This document shows, one piece after another, positions 1-10,900 of a stretch of DNA of 64,000 bases. Under the pieces are notes generated by a model that was not told the DNA's origin, did no database searches, and saw only the letters and a program-made list of their open reading frames with translations. Position numbers and translations under genes: made by a program. Within the stretch, counting starts at the first letter, position 1, and the number at the start of each line of letters is the position of its first letter. Source of the DNA: Caecitellus pseudoparvulus (lineage: Eukaryota > Protista > Bigyra: Bicosoecida). The stretch spans positions 708,378 to 772,377 of the forward strand of contig CBFFRQ010000043.1 of NCBI GenBank assembly GCA_965644315.1, given 5' to 3'.

Positions 1-272
1 GTGACGTTGCCCGCCGACAGCGTGCGTGTAACGCGGCGCAAGGCAGCCAGCACGCCTGGCAACTCCTGCAAGGGCTCCAACTGAGGCGGCAGGGTGGTGG
101 GGGTGGCAGCCGGCGCCCCCCACACGTCCACCTGTTGCAGGGCTTGCATCTCGGCTTCCATAAAGTGCACCCGAGGCCAGGATGTGTCGTTCAGGTGAGA
201 GTTGCTGAGGGCGTGAGCGCCTGCCCGGTCCAGGGTCACAGCGCTGGCCTTGGAGAACGGCGTGGAAGACAT
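1..272 (-). CDS. Hypothetical protein, 5' part only (runs off window start)
   Basis: Minus-strand ATG at 272 opens an uninterrupted frame MSSTPFSKASAVTLDRAG...LAALRRVTRTLSAGNV to position 1; no recognisable motif. Confidence 0.45.
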   Translation of the reverse strand, partial: MSSTPFSKASAVTLDRAGAHALSNSHLNDTSWPRVHFMEAEMQALQQVDVWGAPAATPTTLPPQLEPLQELPGVLAALRRVTRTLSAGNV

Positions 273-309
273 GGACAGGGTAGTCGCACGGGGAAGCAGA
301 CACGCTGCA

Positions 310-834
310 ATGTCCCCACCATCCACTCTGTTCGTCACGTACTTCAGGCTGCCAGGCGTGCGTATGTCCCCGAAAACAGCGTTGAAGCCAGCAAATTCCG
401 CGCTGCAGCGACACGCCAAGCAGTGAAAGCGCGCTTGCGGTGCAAAGTCGGCACTGCGAGACGCACCCCAGGTCAACCGTGGCTGCTTCTTCCAGCAGAC
501 CGTCCTGCCCTCCCTCCAGAAACGCCTTGATGAGCTGCCCACGAGAAACTGGGGCTGGTGGCCCAGGCAGGCGCCGGCGTACATTTGTAAGGGAGGCGAA
601 GCGCCCCGACAGGACACTGAGGCCCATCCAGGTGCCCTGTGCCTGCAGGTCTACCCCACCCAGCACCGACATGCCCAGCATGGGGGGCTGCACTGGTCTG
701 CGCAGCACCTCATCTCGGATGTGCAGGAGGAGGAAGCGGCCATCGCTCCCCCGCAGCAGCAGCCCCAGCAAACACATGTTGCCCCGAGCGAGGGGGGCCT
801 GGGTGCAGCCAGAGACGGAACACGCACAGCTTGA
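310..834 (+). CDS. Small hypothetical protein (2 exons, ~136 aa)
   Basis: ATG 310; exon 310-357 (MSPPSTLFVTYFRLPG); GTGCGT...CCCCAG intron 358-471; exon 472-834 in frame to TGA. Not in the ORF track. Confidence 0.35.
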
Positions 835-901
835 CCTCTGGCGTGCAAATTTGCGTGCATTGCGGGCAGTGGGGCGCCGAGGCGGACCCTGCCAGTCCCC
901 C

Positions 902-2017
902 TCACTCGCTGTCGCTGTCAGACCCGACGGGCTTCTCATCCTCCACAGTCAGCGCGTACGGCTCGTTCACGACGGTCAGGCGCCCGCCCTTGGCCTCCAG
1001 GGTGGCCTTGATCGTGTCAATGCACGTCTGCAGGCTGGCGAAGCCGACCTCCTTGCTCAAGTGCACCGTGGTCAGGGCATAGGAGGGGGGGGACACCAGG
1101 TTCACCGCCACGGGGCAGTCGGAGTCCGCCGTGGAGGCCTTGCCGGCCAGCAGGGCCTCCCGCACGGCGTCCACGCCCTCGTAGGCGATGCAGGTGACCT
1201 CCACGTCGGCGCGCATCTTGATGGGGCTGGGCGTCATGCGGCGCTCAATCTGCACCAGCACCTCCTGCTTCTCCGCCTCGGACATGTCCAGGGGCCCGAA
1301 CACCTCCTCAGGCTTGCTGTGCAGGGCGAACAAGAGCGACACGTGCAGGGGGTGTGTGTGCTACACAGCACGGACAAGCCGTGCAGCGGCACGCACTTGG
1401 CTGCGATGGTGAAGGCCTCGTAGGCTGAAGGGTACGCCTTGGCGAGGGGCCAGGAGATGCGCCTGCACAAGTCCTCCAGGGGCTGCTTGGTCTTCTCTGC
1501 CGCGTGCATGAGGATGCTTTGGACCTGCGGGACGACGGGGTGGCGGTGTGCAGTGCAGGGGGGGGGGCACGGCCTGGCGCCCCGCCGCTCGCCAGGGCCA
1601 GTGTTCCCAACTGCCTGAAACGCCGGCGTCACGCACCGCCTTGGCCTCTGTGAACCGAGTCTCTGCCACCGTGCGCTCCTCTGAGGAGACGCGGCGCTTG
1701 GAGAGATCAATGTAGCCCTTTTCCCTGTCCACGCGCGTGACCATGACAACTTCGTTGGTGTTCACACGCAGCAACTTGTTGATGCTGCGAATGCGGCGCC
1801 GGCTCAGCTCGGACAGCAGCACCATGCCCTCAATGCCGCCGTACTCCAGGAGCCGCACGTAAGCTCCCATCTCTGCGATGCTCTCCACTCGCACCATGAC
1901 ACACTCGTCCACCTCTGGGAATTCGTTCTCAAAGAACCGGCACTTGGTGGCGCCCATGGAGGACGCTGACACGTCGGCTGCTGCCAAGCCGGCAGAGTCC
2001 TCTGCTGCGCCGGCCAT
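902..2017 (-). CDS. EIF2S1: Eukaryotic translation initiation factor 2 subunit alpha (spliced)
   Basis: [51 protein letters not shown] (regulatory Ser51 context), [17 protein letters not shown]; C-terminal [23 protein letters not shown]; two short introns. Confidence 0.97.
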
Positions 2018-2396
2018 GTCAATGGAGCAGGAGCACGGATCCACGTAGAGGGCAAGAGGGTGGGTGGAGCATGCAGCTGGCGTGCGGGTGTGCGGGAGAG
2101 GGGCGGGAAAGTGGGTGGTTGAGGTGGGTGACAAGGCTCAACCTCTGCAGCCCCCCGCTTCAAAAGCCGCAGCTGTGCCCGTTCCAGAAGTGGGACGCAG
2201 CGCAAAAACCCCGCGACGATTCAGCACGGAAGCGAGTGCACGGGCTTTCTCCTGCAGTTAGTACCACCCCGCCGTGCACCACTGACAGGCCAGCAGTCGT
2301 CCTCGTCGCGAAGCATATTCCGCTGTCCAGGCGCCCGCCTCGCCCTGTCAGCCAGCCAGGCCCAGGCAGAAGCAGCCCAGGCTCGACGAGTGCAGC

Positions 2397-4006
2397 ATGG
2401 AGGAAGACCTTGCCAATCTTGACTTGTTCGGCGATGACAGCGACTCGGGCTCCGACGCTGGCCCGGTGAGAGCCGCCGCAGTGTGTGGTGCCGACTGCCA
2501 GACACACCAGCTCCCCGCCGTCGGCCTTGCCGCAGGCTCCGCGCCCAGCTGCCTCCAGCGGCGAACAGACCAACGCGTCTGCGGTGCAGCAAGAAGCCTC
2601 AGCCAGCGGAGGTGTCCCTACCAGTGCGTGCAGCCTGCCTCCGCCCTTGACAGCTGTCCCCCCTCACGCCACCCTGCTTCCCCTGCCCAGCTCGTGATCT
2701 GCTGGGGGACGACTCCGACGACGACAGCGCCAGCGACGGCGTGGTGGCAGCGTCCACTGCCCCCCGCCTGTCCATGCAGGAGGCGCCACCCGGCGTGCCC
2801 TCCCGGGCCCCAGCCCAGGCCCGCGCGGAGGAAGCCCTGCACGCCCAGCGCAGGGCAGAGGCTGTGCACGTGAACGTGCCAGTGGCGGTGCCTGCACACC
2901 GCCCGGCGCCCAACAGCACCACGACAGTGATGCGCATCCCCGGCTCCGTCGCCGTGGCGGCGCAAGGCTTCCACCCCTCCTCTTTCAGTGCCGAGGAGGA
3001 GGAGGCGGGGCTGAAGGCGGCGGGCAAGGTGCTGGGCGGCGCCACGTCCATGGTGCGCTGGCGGTGGGCCGACGAGGCCAAGACGCAGCGGGAGACCAAC
3101 ACCAAGATGGTGCAGTGGAGCGACGGCTCCATCACCCTGCACATCGGCAAGGACGCCTTCAGCGTGCTGCCCACGCCTGTGGGCGGCGGCGCCGAGCAGC
3201 TGTACGCAGGCGTGACCTCCAAGCCCGTGCAGGGCGTGGGCAAGGCCGAGACGGTGCTGGAGGGCGTGACTGCCATCTCGCACCGCCTGACTGTGCGCCC
3301 CTTCGCAGTGGGCGGCGTGACCAGCAACGCTGTCCTGGCCGCCCGGCAAGGCAGCCGGCGCCGCGGCATCCAGATCATGCACGACGTGCGGGACGGCGAC
3401 AAGGCCAAGGCGGCCCTCATCGAGAAGACGGAGCGTGAGCTGCGGGAGGTGCAGGCGGCAGCTCGGCGCACGGCTGAGCTGAACGCCCGAGCCACGCGGG
3501 GAGGGCGTGTGGGAGACATTGACGACGCGTTGCTGGAGGGAGATGAGGGTCTCATGTTCGACGACGACGAGGGCGTGAACGTGCGCCAGCTGCGGCAGGC
3601 GGTGAAAGCGGGGGACATGGGGGACACCTTGTTCGAGCAGGAGTCAGAGGAGGAGTCAGAGGCGGAGGTGGACCTGAGCAAGCCGGCGTTGCAGGGCGAT
3701 GCGGGCACCCAGGCCACTCAGGCCACACAGCCCAGCAGTGATGACGATGACGACTTGTTCGGAGATGAGGAGGACAGCGAGGCAGACGCCGATTCTGGAC
3801 GAGAGGGGGGAGGCGGTGACGCCGCCCCGCCAGCACCTAGCCCTGCACCCGAGGCAGCCGGCGGCAGCCCCGTTGGTGGCACGAAGCGTGTGCTGGCGTC
3901 GCAGGCCACTATCGCCAGCAGCGATGAGGAGGAGGACGCCGTGGTGGCGCCAGCCAAGCGGCGGCGGGGCGGTGACACAGTGCTGGACGACGACTCAGAC
4001 GAGTGA
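2397..4006 (+). CDS. LEO1: PAF1 complex subunit Leo1-like protein (spliced)
   Basis: Leo1 signature ETNTKMVQWSDGSITLHIG preceded by MVRWR; acidic DLFGD repeats at both termini. Confidence 0.85.
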
Positions 4007-4094
4007 ATGCACCGCCACTTCTGGCCAGCTGCCACGCGGCTGCTGCTGCTGCTGCATTGTGCGGGGCAGGCGGTGGCCTGCCTGGCGCCTGGCT

Positions 4095-5042
4095 TCAGCC
4101 CAGGCGGCCCCCCCTCCGACGTGGCATCATGCGGCGCATCTGGCGCGAATCTGCCCCGGACGGGTCCTCCAGCATCATGTTGTAGTACTCTGCAGGGGAA
4201 CTGGGCACGGCCTTTCCCTTCGCCACACGCTTCTTCAGCCAGCGGCAGGTGGACACGGCTTGCTCGTACGCTGGGAAAGAGGGGTGTGGCGTGGCGAGGT
4301 TGGCAGGGGCGTGCAGGCAGTCGGGGCTGGGCTTGGTACGCACAGGTGAGGAACTTGTTCACGGCCTGCACGTTCATGCCTGCGGCTTCGGCTATTCTCT
4401 GCTTTGCTTTGCGGTCGATGAGGGCTGGGTTTGCGATTTCCTCCTCCTGGGAAGCGAGCGCAGGTGGCGTTGTGGGCCAGGCCACAGCTTGGGCGGCGGC
4501 AGCGTTGCGCACTGTGAAGGCCTCTGCGATGGTGACATCCTTCATCTTCTGCTCGATTTCCTGCTGCTCCTGCTTCGTGCGCAGGTACTTCTGCCAGCCG
4601 TCCATGCCCGAGATCTTGGCCGTGTCCTGAACGTGGAGCAGCGTGCGGAATATGCAGGACTGCTCAGCACACAGAGCTGGCAGACGCGCCACCCCCGCGC
4701 ACCTTCAGCGAGACGATGTGCGCTGCCATGTCATACGTCTTCAAAGACAGCATGTACTCCATCTGTGCATTCCACAGCTTGCCTGTGCCACGCGGCAGAG
4801 GACACGGCAGGGGTGTGGCGCTGAGCGGAAGGGCGAGCACGAGACGCCGGCCTCCACGCACTGACTTGCTCCTGCTGCTGCGCTTCCTTGCGGTCCTCGT
4901 AGCCCTTCTGGATGCTGTCGAAGATGCCCATGTGTCGCACGGCCTGCCACGTGGGCAGAGCAGTGGCGCTGGCAGTGGCACGAGGCAGTGCTCGAGCACA
5001 AGCTGGCAGCGCCACTGCTGCGGCTCGCAGCGCTGCAGCCAT
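4095..5042 (-). CDS. Mitochondrion-targeted SRP54/Ffh M-domain-only protein (MAP67-like), 5 exons
   Basis: Ala/Arg-rich transit peptide (MAAALRAAAVAL...QAVRH). Spliced product contains AFTEEEIANPALIDRKAKQRIAEAAGMNVQAVNKFLTSYEQ, matching the Ffh M-domain C-terminal pattern; no NG GTPase domain. Confidence 0.75.
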
Positions 5043-5150
5043 GATGATCTACGAAGCGCGTGCGTGTTTGATGGGTGTTGCGTGCTGCTCACTGAACCTG
5101 GTTGGGGCGAATTTGCATTGCACGCAGAAGTGCCGGCGGCCGCAGGACCC

Positions 5151-6174
5151 TCACAGGTCCTTCTTGGCTGCAGCGTCTGTGGCAGGGGTCTCCTCCTCCT
5201 CGTCGGCCGTGGGGCTGACCATGTCTGAAGCAACTTCGGCGGCAGCGGCAATGGCCTCGCGGCCCTGCTTGGACTTGGCAGCGGCCACGCCGGCGTCACG
5301 CACAGCACCGCCAACCTCCTTGCTGCCCTCCAGAGTGCGCTCGATGGTTTCGTCAATGACGACTTCGTACTTGACGAGGAGAGGGCGGATGATGTTCTTG
5401 TACAGGCTCTCGGCGTTGTTGTGCCCGGGCAGCTGCGCGAGGGAACCAGAGAGGTGAGGCGACGAGAGCACGCGCCAGCGTCCGCCGCTCCTGCACGCAC
5501 CATGAGCCACACGATGAAGGCCAGCTTGAGGGCAAAGTAGAAGGGGATGAAGTAGACGATGTACTCGACAAAAGTCTCCAGCACGGTGAAGGAAGAAAAC
5601 ACCACCCAGTATGTCAGCCTGCACGGACAGGGCGGAATTTGGGATGACCACAGCAGCCACACAGCACCACTGCCCTGCGCCCAACGCACCACTGGATGTC
5701 GTCCTGGTGGTCCTCCTTGGTTTCCAGGGCCTTGAAGGACTGGTATGCGGGGAAGCCCAGCCCGATGATGTTCCTGCGACAGGCAGCGGGCGGGAGCAAC
5801 GCCGGTGCGAATGCCTGACCACACCCAGAACCTGCCACCAGTGACCCGCCAGCTGCCGTAGCTGCACTCACACGAGGAAGTTGGCGCCGAAGCCAAAGAA
5901 GACAAAGGCCAGGATGAAAAGGCCGCCGCCCAGCACGACGTACGCCCCGCGCAGTCCAGTGGCTTCAGAGAGCTGCTTCACGACTTCTGCACAAGGCGTG
6001 GTGGGCGGCCCGCAACGTGACAATTCACGTGGCAAGGCTGCAGCTCAGCAAGCGTCTGGCGGGGGGGCACGCAGGGTGCCCTGACGCTGCACATCGACCA
6101 TGCCACTCACGGAGGTGGCCAGTCTTCTCCTCCACTGTGTCCAAGGCCTTCACGAGGTTCTCCTGCATGGCCAT
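5151..6174 (-). CDS. REEP/HVA22/Yop1 (TB2/DP1) ER-shaping protein (spliced)
   Basis: IGLGFPAYQSFKALET, DDIQWLTYWVVFSSF, IPFYFALKLAFIVWLM, AESLYKNIIRPLL. Confidence 0.93.
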
Positions 6175-6338
6175 GGTGAACACTGAGCGTCGACGAGGGG
6201 AGCAGCAAGCTCCAGACGTGCCAAAGGTGGAGAGGGCAATCGACAGTGTGCGACAGACAAGCTGGGCTGGGCACGATTGCGGGGAAGGATAAATTGCCGC
6301 CTGCGCCAGTCTGCAGTGCACGCCCCACCTCTGGTGCC

Positions 6339-7920
6339 TCACCCCTCCTTGCCTTCGGCTGCGGCTGCGGCTGCCTCCTCCAGGCGCTCCTTGCACTTGC
6401 AATACCGCCGCCAGCGCTTGGCAGATTCGCTGGTCGTAGGCTCTGGCGTCAGGAACCCCTTGGCCTCTGACACCGTCGCGGCGTACTGCCCGTCATCCAC
6501 GCGGATGTGCTGGTGCGCTGCCCCGACGCCAGAGATGTACATGGCAATGAAAGTGCGTGGGTGGTCCCCGACGCGGCGGAGGAACTCCGTGGCGTGCCCC
6601 GTGCCGAATGCATCCACCCACCCCTTCTCTGGCACCGTGCCTGGGTAGCCCCAGTCAAAGCGGCGGCCGCCTTGGATGCAGGGCTTCCGAGGCCCGGCCA
6701 CCTCCCCGAACCGCCCACGCCACGTGCGCACTCCGACGGCGGCGTCACTCAAGGGCAGCTCACTGCATGCCGTGAGGAAGGCACTGTACTCGTCAAAGGC
6801 GTGAGGAGGCAGGGCAGTGCACTCCTGCAGGATACGGATCACCTCATCCCGCTTGACTTCCACGGCGCCCTGCAGGCCTGCATGCCCCACCCGCTCCGCC
6901 GCCTCGCGGCCTTTCTTGCACAGCAGCGCCAATTGGTTCAGCGCATATCCTCCCAGCATCTCTGCAAGGATCAGGCCGAACCTGACAGGCGTGTCCAGCA
7001 GGATGCCAGGGCACCGGGCACCACGAGAGCTGGGCAGCGACGCCACGCCCAGCACTCTGGCAGAGCCGTGCAGGAAAGTGGAGGAGTCTTCCAGCAGGCA
7101 CAAGCTCCTTCGAATGAGCTGTGCTGCTGCTGGCAGGCGGAAGCCAGGGCTTTCCAGGGCCGCCTTGACCTGCTTCAGTCCTGCGCTGAGGTCACGCAAG
7201 CCTGCCCGAGCCAGCGCCTCAGCTGGCGAGGCATCCGCTTCCTTGCCTTCACCGGCGCCCGCAGCATCCTGCGTTTCCATCGCGTCTATTGCGAGGGCAA
7301 GGACGCTGGAGCGCTGTGCCGCCACCTGAGCCGCCTCCGCCGCCGTCAATGTGCGAACGTGCAGCGTCAGCGGAGCTGGCTTGGCGCCTCCTTCCAAAGT
7401 CAGGATTGCCGTGACCTCATACTCTTGGTCCGGAACAAGGCCTTCAAAGGTGTGGGCCACCTTGTACATGCCTGCCACCCACATATCCTGGCTGTCCTGT
7501 GCGTGTCCCTCGGGGTTGGCCACGTGCAGTTGCACGCTGAGCACGTGCTGCAGTCCGCACACCTCCACCGTCACCGACTCTGCATCCACCTGGTCAACGG
7601 GCACAAACACCACGCTACTCTCATCCAAGCGCCTCTCTGTGCGCTGCTGCACCTTGAGGATGGCTTGGTGCTGCGCGAGTCCAAGATCTGCTCCGGCTTC
7701 GGCAGAAGTGCTGGCTGCGCCTCCAGCCACCCCGCCACTGTCCCCATTGTCCTGCGATGACCCTGCACAGCAATGCAAAGGGGGCGTGTTGTCCTCCTCC
7801 GCGCCTTTGAAGGGGAGGCTACTGGGGTACACCTGCGCTTGGCCTCCAGGACGCACCTGGAGCTGACTCTCCGGCAGCGGTTGCTGCCAGCGGAAATCGA
7901 GGCATGCGCGCTTCGCTCAT
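6339..7920 (-). CDS. Hypothetical protein with possible fibronectin-III-like segment
   Basis: 505-aa ORF; HTFEGLVPDQEYEVTAILT resembles the FN3 LxPxxxYxV motif; 5' exon uncertain. Confidence 0.6.
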
Positions 7921-7975
7921 GTTGTCGTCCCGTGGTGCAGGCGTTGCGGCCAGGCACAAACCATGCATTCGCTTG

Positions 7976-10900
7976 CTATCGCGCACGCATTGCCACCCGG
8001 GATCGGAACCGGTTTTTGCCAGGACTCGTGAATGACGTCGCGCGCGAGCCGACGTTGCCAGAGCCCATGGAGCGCAGTGAACCCACAGTGCCCCGTGCCA
8101 TGGTGGAGCGCCCTGCAGGGTCCTTCAGCCGGCGCTTGAGGTACTTCGGCACGTCTGTGTCGAATCCGAAGCGAGCAAGCATGGCCTTGCTTTCGAAGAT
8201 GTCGTAGGACACCTGGCCGTGCATCTGCACGATCTCCCCCACCTCTGGCTTCTTCACCTTCAAGTCCAGCCCCATGCGGCGGTAGAACTCCTCCGCAATG
8301 GCCTTCTGGCGCTCTGCAGCCTGCTCAGCCTGGTGCGCACGTGCTGCCGCCTCAGTGCCCTCCACCATGCCTGCCACCAGGGAGGAGGAGGGGCGCAGGT
8401 GTGGGTCGGGCGGCGGCGGGGACACGGGTCCGCCCGCTGCCGCCCCTGTCCCCCCCCAATCCTCCACGTTCGCCGCAAAGGCAGAGGCAGCGGCAGCCCC
8501 GGCCCCAGGCGTGCTGGCAGGCATGGGTGTGTGGCCAGTGAGGTCTTCTGGTGGCACGTACATGGAGCCCAGCTCCTGCTGCAGCTGCTCCTCCACCACG
8601 GCCGCGATGCCTTCCTCATCCTCGTGGTCCCGAATGCCGCCGCCAGCAGCCATGGCCAGGAGGTCTTCGTCGTCTTCAATGGCCCACACCTCTTCCTCGT
8701 CGTCAGCTGCACTGGATGGCGACGTGGGCCCAGACTGGCCCATGGAGCCAGCCCGCTCAGCAGTGTGCTGCACGGCGGTGGCGGCCCCGGGCAGCTTTGC
8801 CGTCGTGGACAAGAACACGTGCTGTGTGAGCAGGAAGTCCTCTGCGAGCATGGGCCGCGCGCCGCCGGCCACTGGCACAGCCACATGGCCTGCACTGGGG
8901 GCAGCGCTGGTGCCGTTCAAGCCTCCTGCCGACACGGCCTGTGGTGAGGTGGGCCCAGGTGAGGCGGCAGGCGCTGAGGGGGCCTTTGCTGCTGTCACGC
9001 TCCAAGGATCCACTCGCGTGGCCACGTCCCGGGGCACGAGGTGCTGTTTTATGCGGCGCACCAAGAGGCTGGGACGCCGGGGCTTTTCCCCCGACTCAGC
9101 AGCGCCACCCTTGGTGCTCGTACCCTCGGGGCGGGTCTGAGGGGCTGCCTGTCCGGGGTTTGCGTTGGCACTGTCTCGCGTGCCTGCGGGGGGCTCGTCC
9201 CCCTCGCCCTGTCCATGAGACGGGTCGCCCTCCTCGCCGCCTGACGGAAGTCGGCGGTGTGTAGGGGAGGGCTCGGCATCTTGCCCCACCTCTGAGTCGC
9301 TGCCGTCTCCCTTGTCGTCCACACTCCTGGCGGTGGGGGACAAGCCTCCGCTGCCACCATCGCTTTGCCCGTCCTCGGCGGCATCTGCGCCGCCGGCTGT
9401 GGACGGCGTCGCTGGAGTTTCTTCCTCCTCCACAGTCTCCTCCTGCGTCACAGCCACGTACTCTGTGTGGTGCTCAATCAGCGGGTCCAGCTCTTTGGCA
9501 GGTGCAGAGGCCACCAGGGCGTTGAACTGCGTCCGCCACTGCGGCCCCGATGCCAGCAGGGCAGACACCAGTGCCTCTTCATGGGCGCCCCACCCCGCCT
9601 TCTCTTGGCGCACCAGGAAGACGCGCTGGCGACGCTCGCGCTCTCGTTCAAGGGCTGCCTGGCGCTGCGCCCGCATTTGCTCGTGGCGCTGGTGCCTGGC
9701 TTGCTGCTCTGCGAACTCCGCCTGCCGCAGCATCTCCCTCATTTGCCCCAGGGCCTGCCGCTCAGCTTCCTGCATGTGGGTCTGCCCCTCCAAGCGCTTC
9801 TGCGCTGCCTCGCGCACCATGCGGTGGTAGTTCTCCATGTGCACGCTGCGCTCCTGGATGGCGCGGGAGCGGCGCCGGACGGCTTCCTGCAGCTTGCCCT
9901 GCAGGGAACGCTTGACGGGGCGCGTTTCCAGGTCCCGCAACACTTCTGTGGGAATGGCGTCGAAGTAGTTTGGCAGGTTCTTGCCAGTGGCCAGCGCGCG
10001 CTTGACGCGGTCTGAGCAGCCGAAGCGCAGGCAGGGGCAGATGGCCAGCACGAGGCGGCGGGCATTCAGCACGAAGACCCGGAACATCAAGAGGTAGAAC
10101 ACAGTCAGGACGAGGAGGAAGATGTGGGGGATGGCGTGGGACTCGCCCATCCGGCGCCCGAAGTCCAGGTTGCCACCGTCCAGGAAGGACGCTGCGCGGG
10201 TCAGCGTGGCTTCGTTGGCTGAGGCGATCTCGCCAGAGTTCAGGGAAATGGCAGCGGCGGTGGAGTCGCCCTGCACGGCGTTGGCGGGCGGGAAGATGTC
10301 ACCGTTGGTGAGCATCCAGAACCCCACCGCCAGCTTCAGCAGGGCGGCAAAGGGCAGCAGGGATGTGAACTGAGCAGCCAGCTCGGGGCCGTACCGAGGC
10401 GGAGTGCGGTACACATACGCGAAGAGGAACTTGTCAACCCAGAAGGAGACGATGAAAGACACCATGGCCACGGGCAGCAAGATGGGCAGCCCCGTGGAGA
10501 AGGTGAGGCACACGAAGATGACGTTGAAAGCCTGGGCGTACCGCTCATCCAGCAGCATCTTGGGGCCAAGGTAGGTGTTGTTGAGTTGGCGCTGGGTGAT
10601 GCACTTCGTGCGGTGGTGGTCACACGTGCACGACCTGTCACGGCAGCGATTCACCTTGGTCTTCAGCCACGCCAGCATGGGCGGGCCATGAGGCAAGATG
10701 ATGTTCAGGCACATGGTGAGGGTGATGGACACGCCCACCGAAGCGTACCAGTCCTGGGAGAAGTCTGTGAACTCCCCTCGGCGCAGGGGCTCAAAGTCCG
10801 TGTCGATGCGGGCGTGGATGAACAGGACGATGGCAGCAGTGTTCAGGAACTGCAGCACGAACATCTTGAAGGCGCGGGACAGCAACTCCGACGTCTTGCT

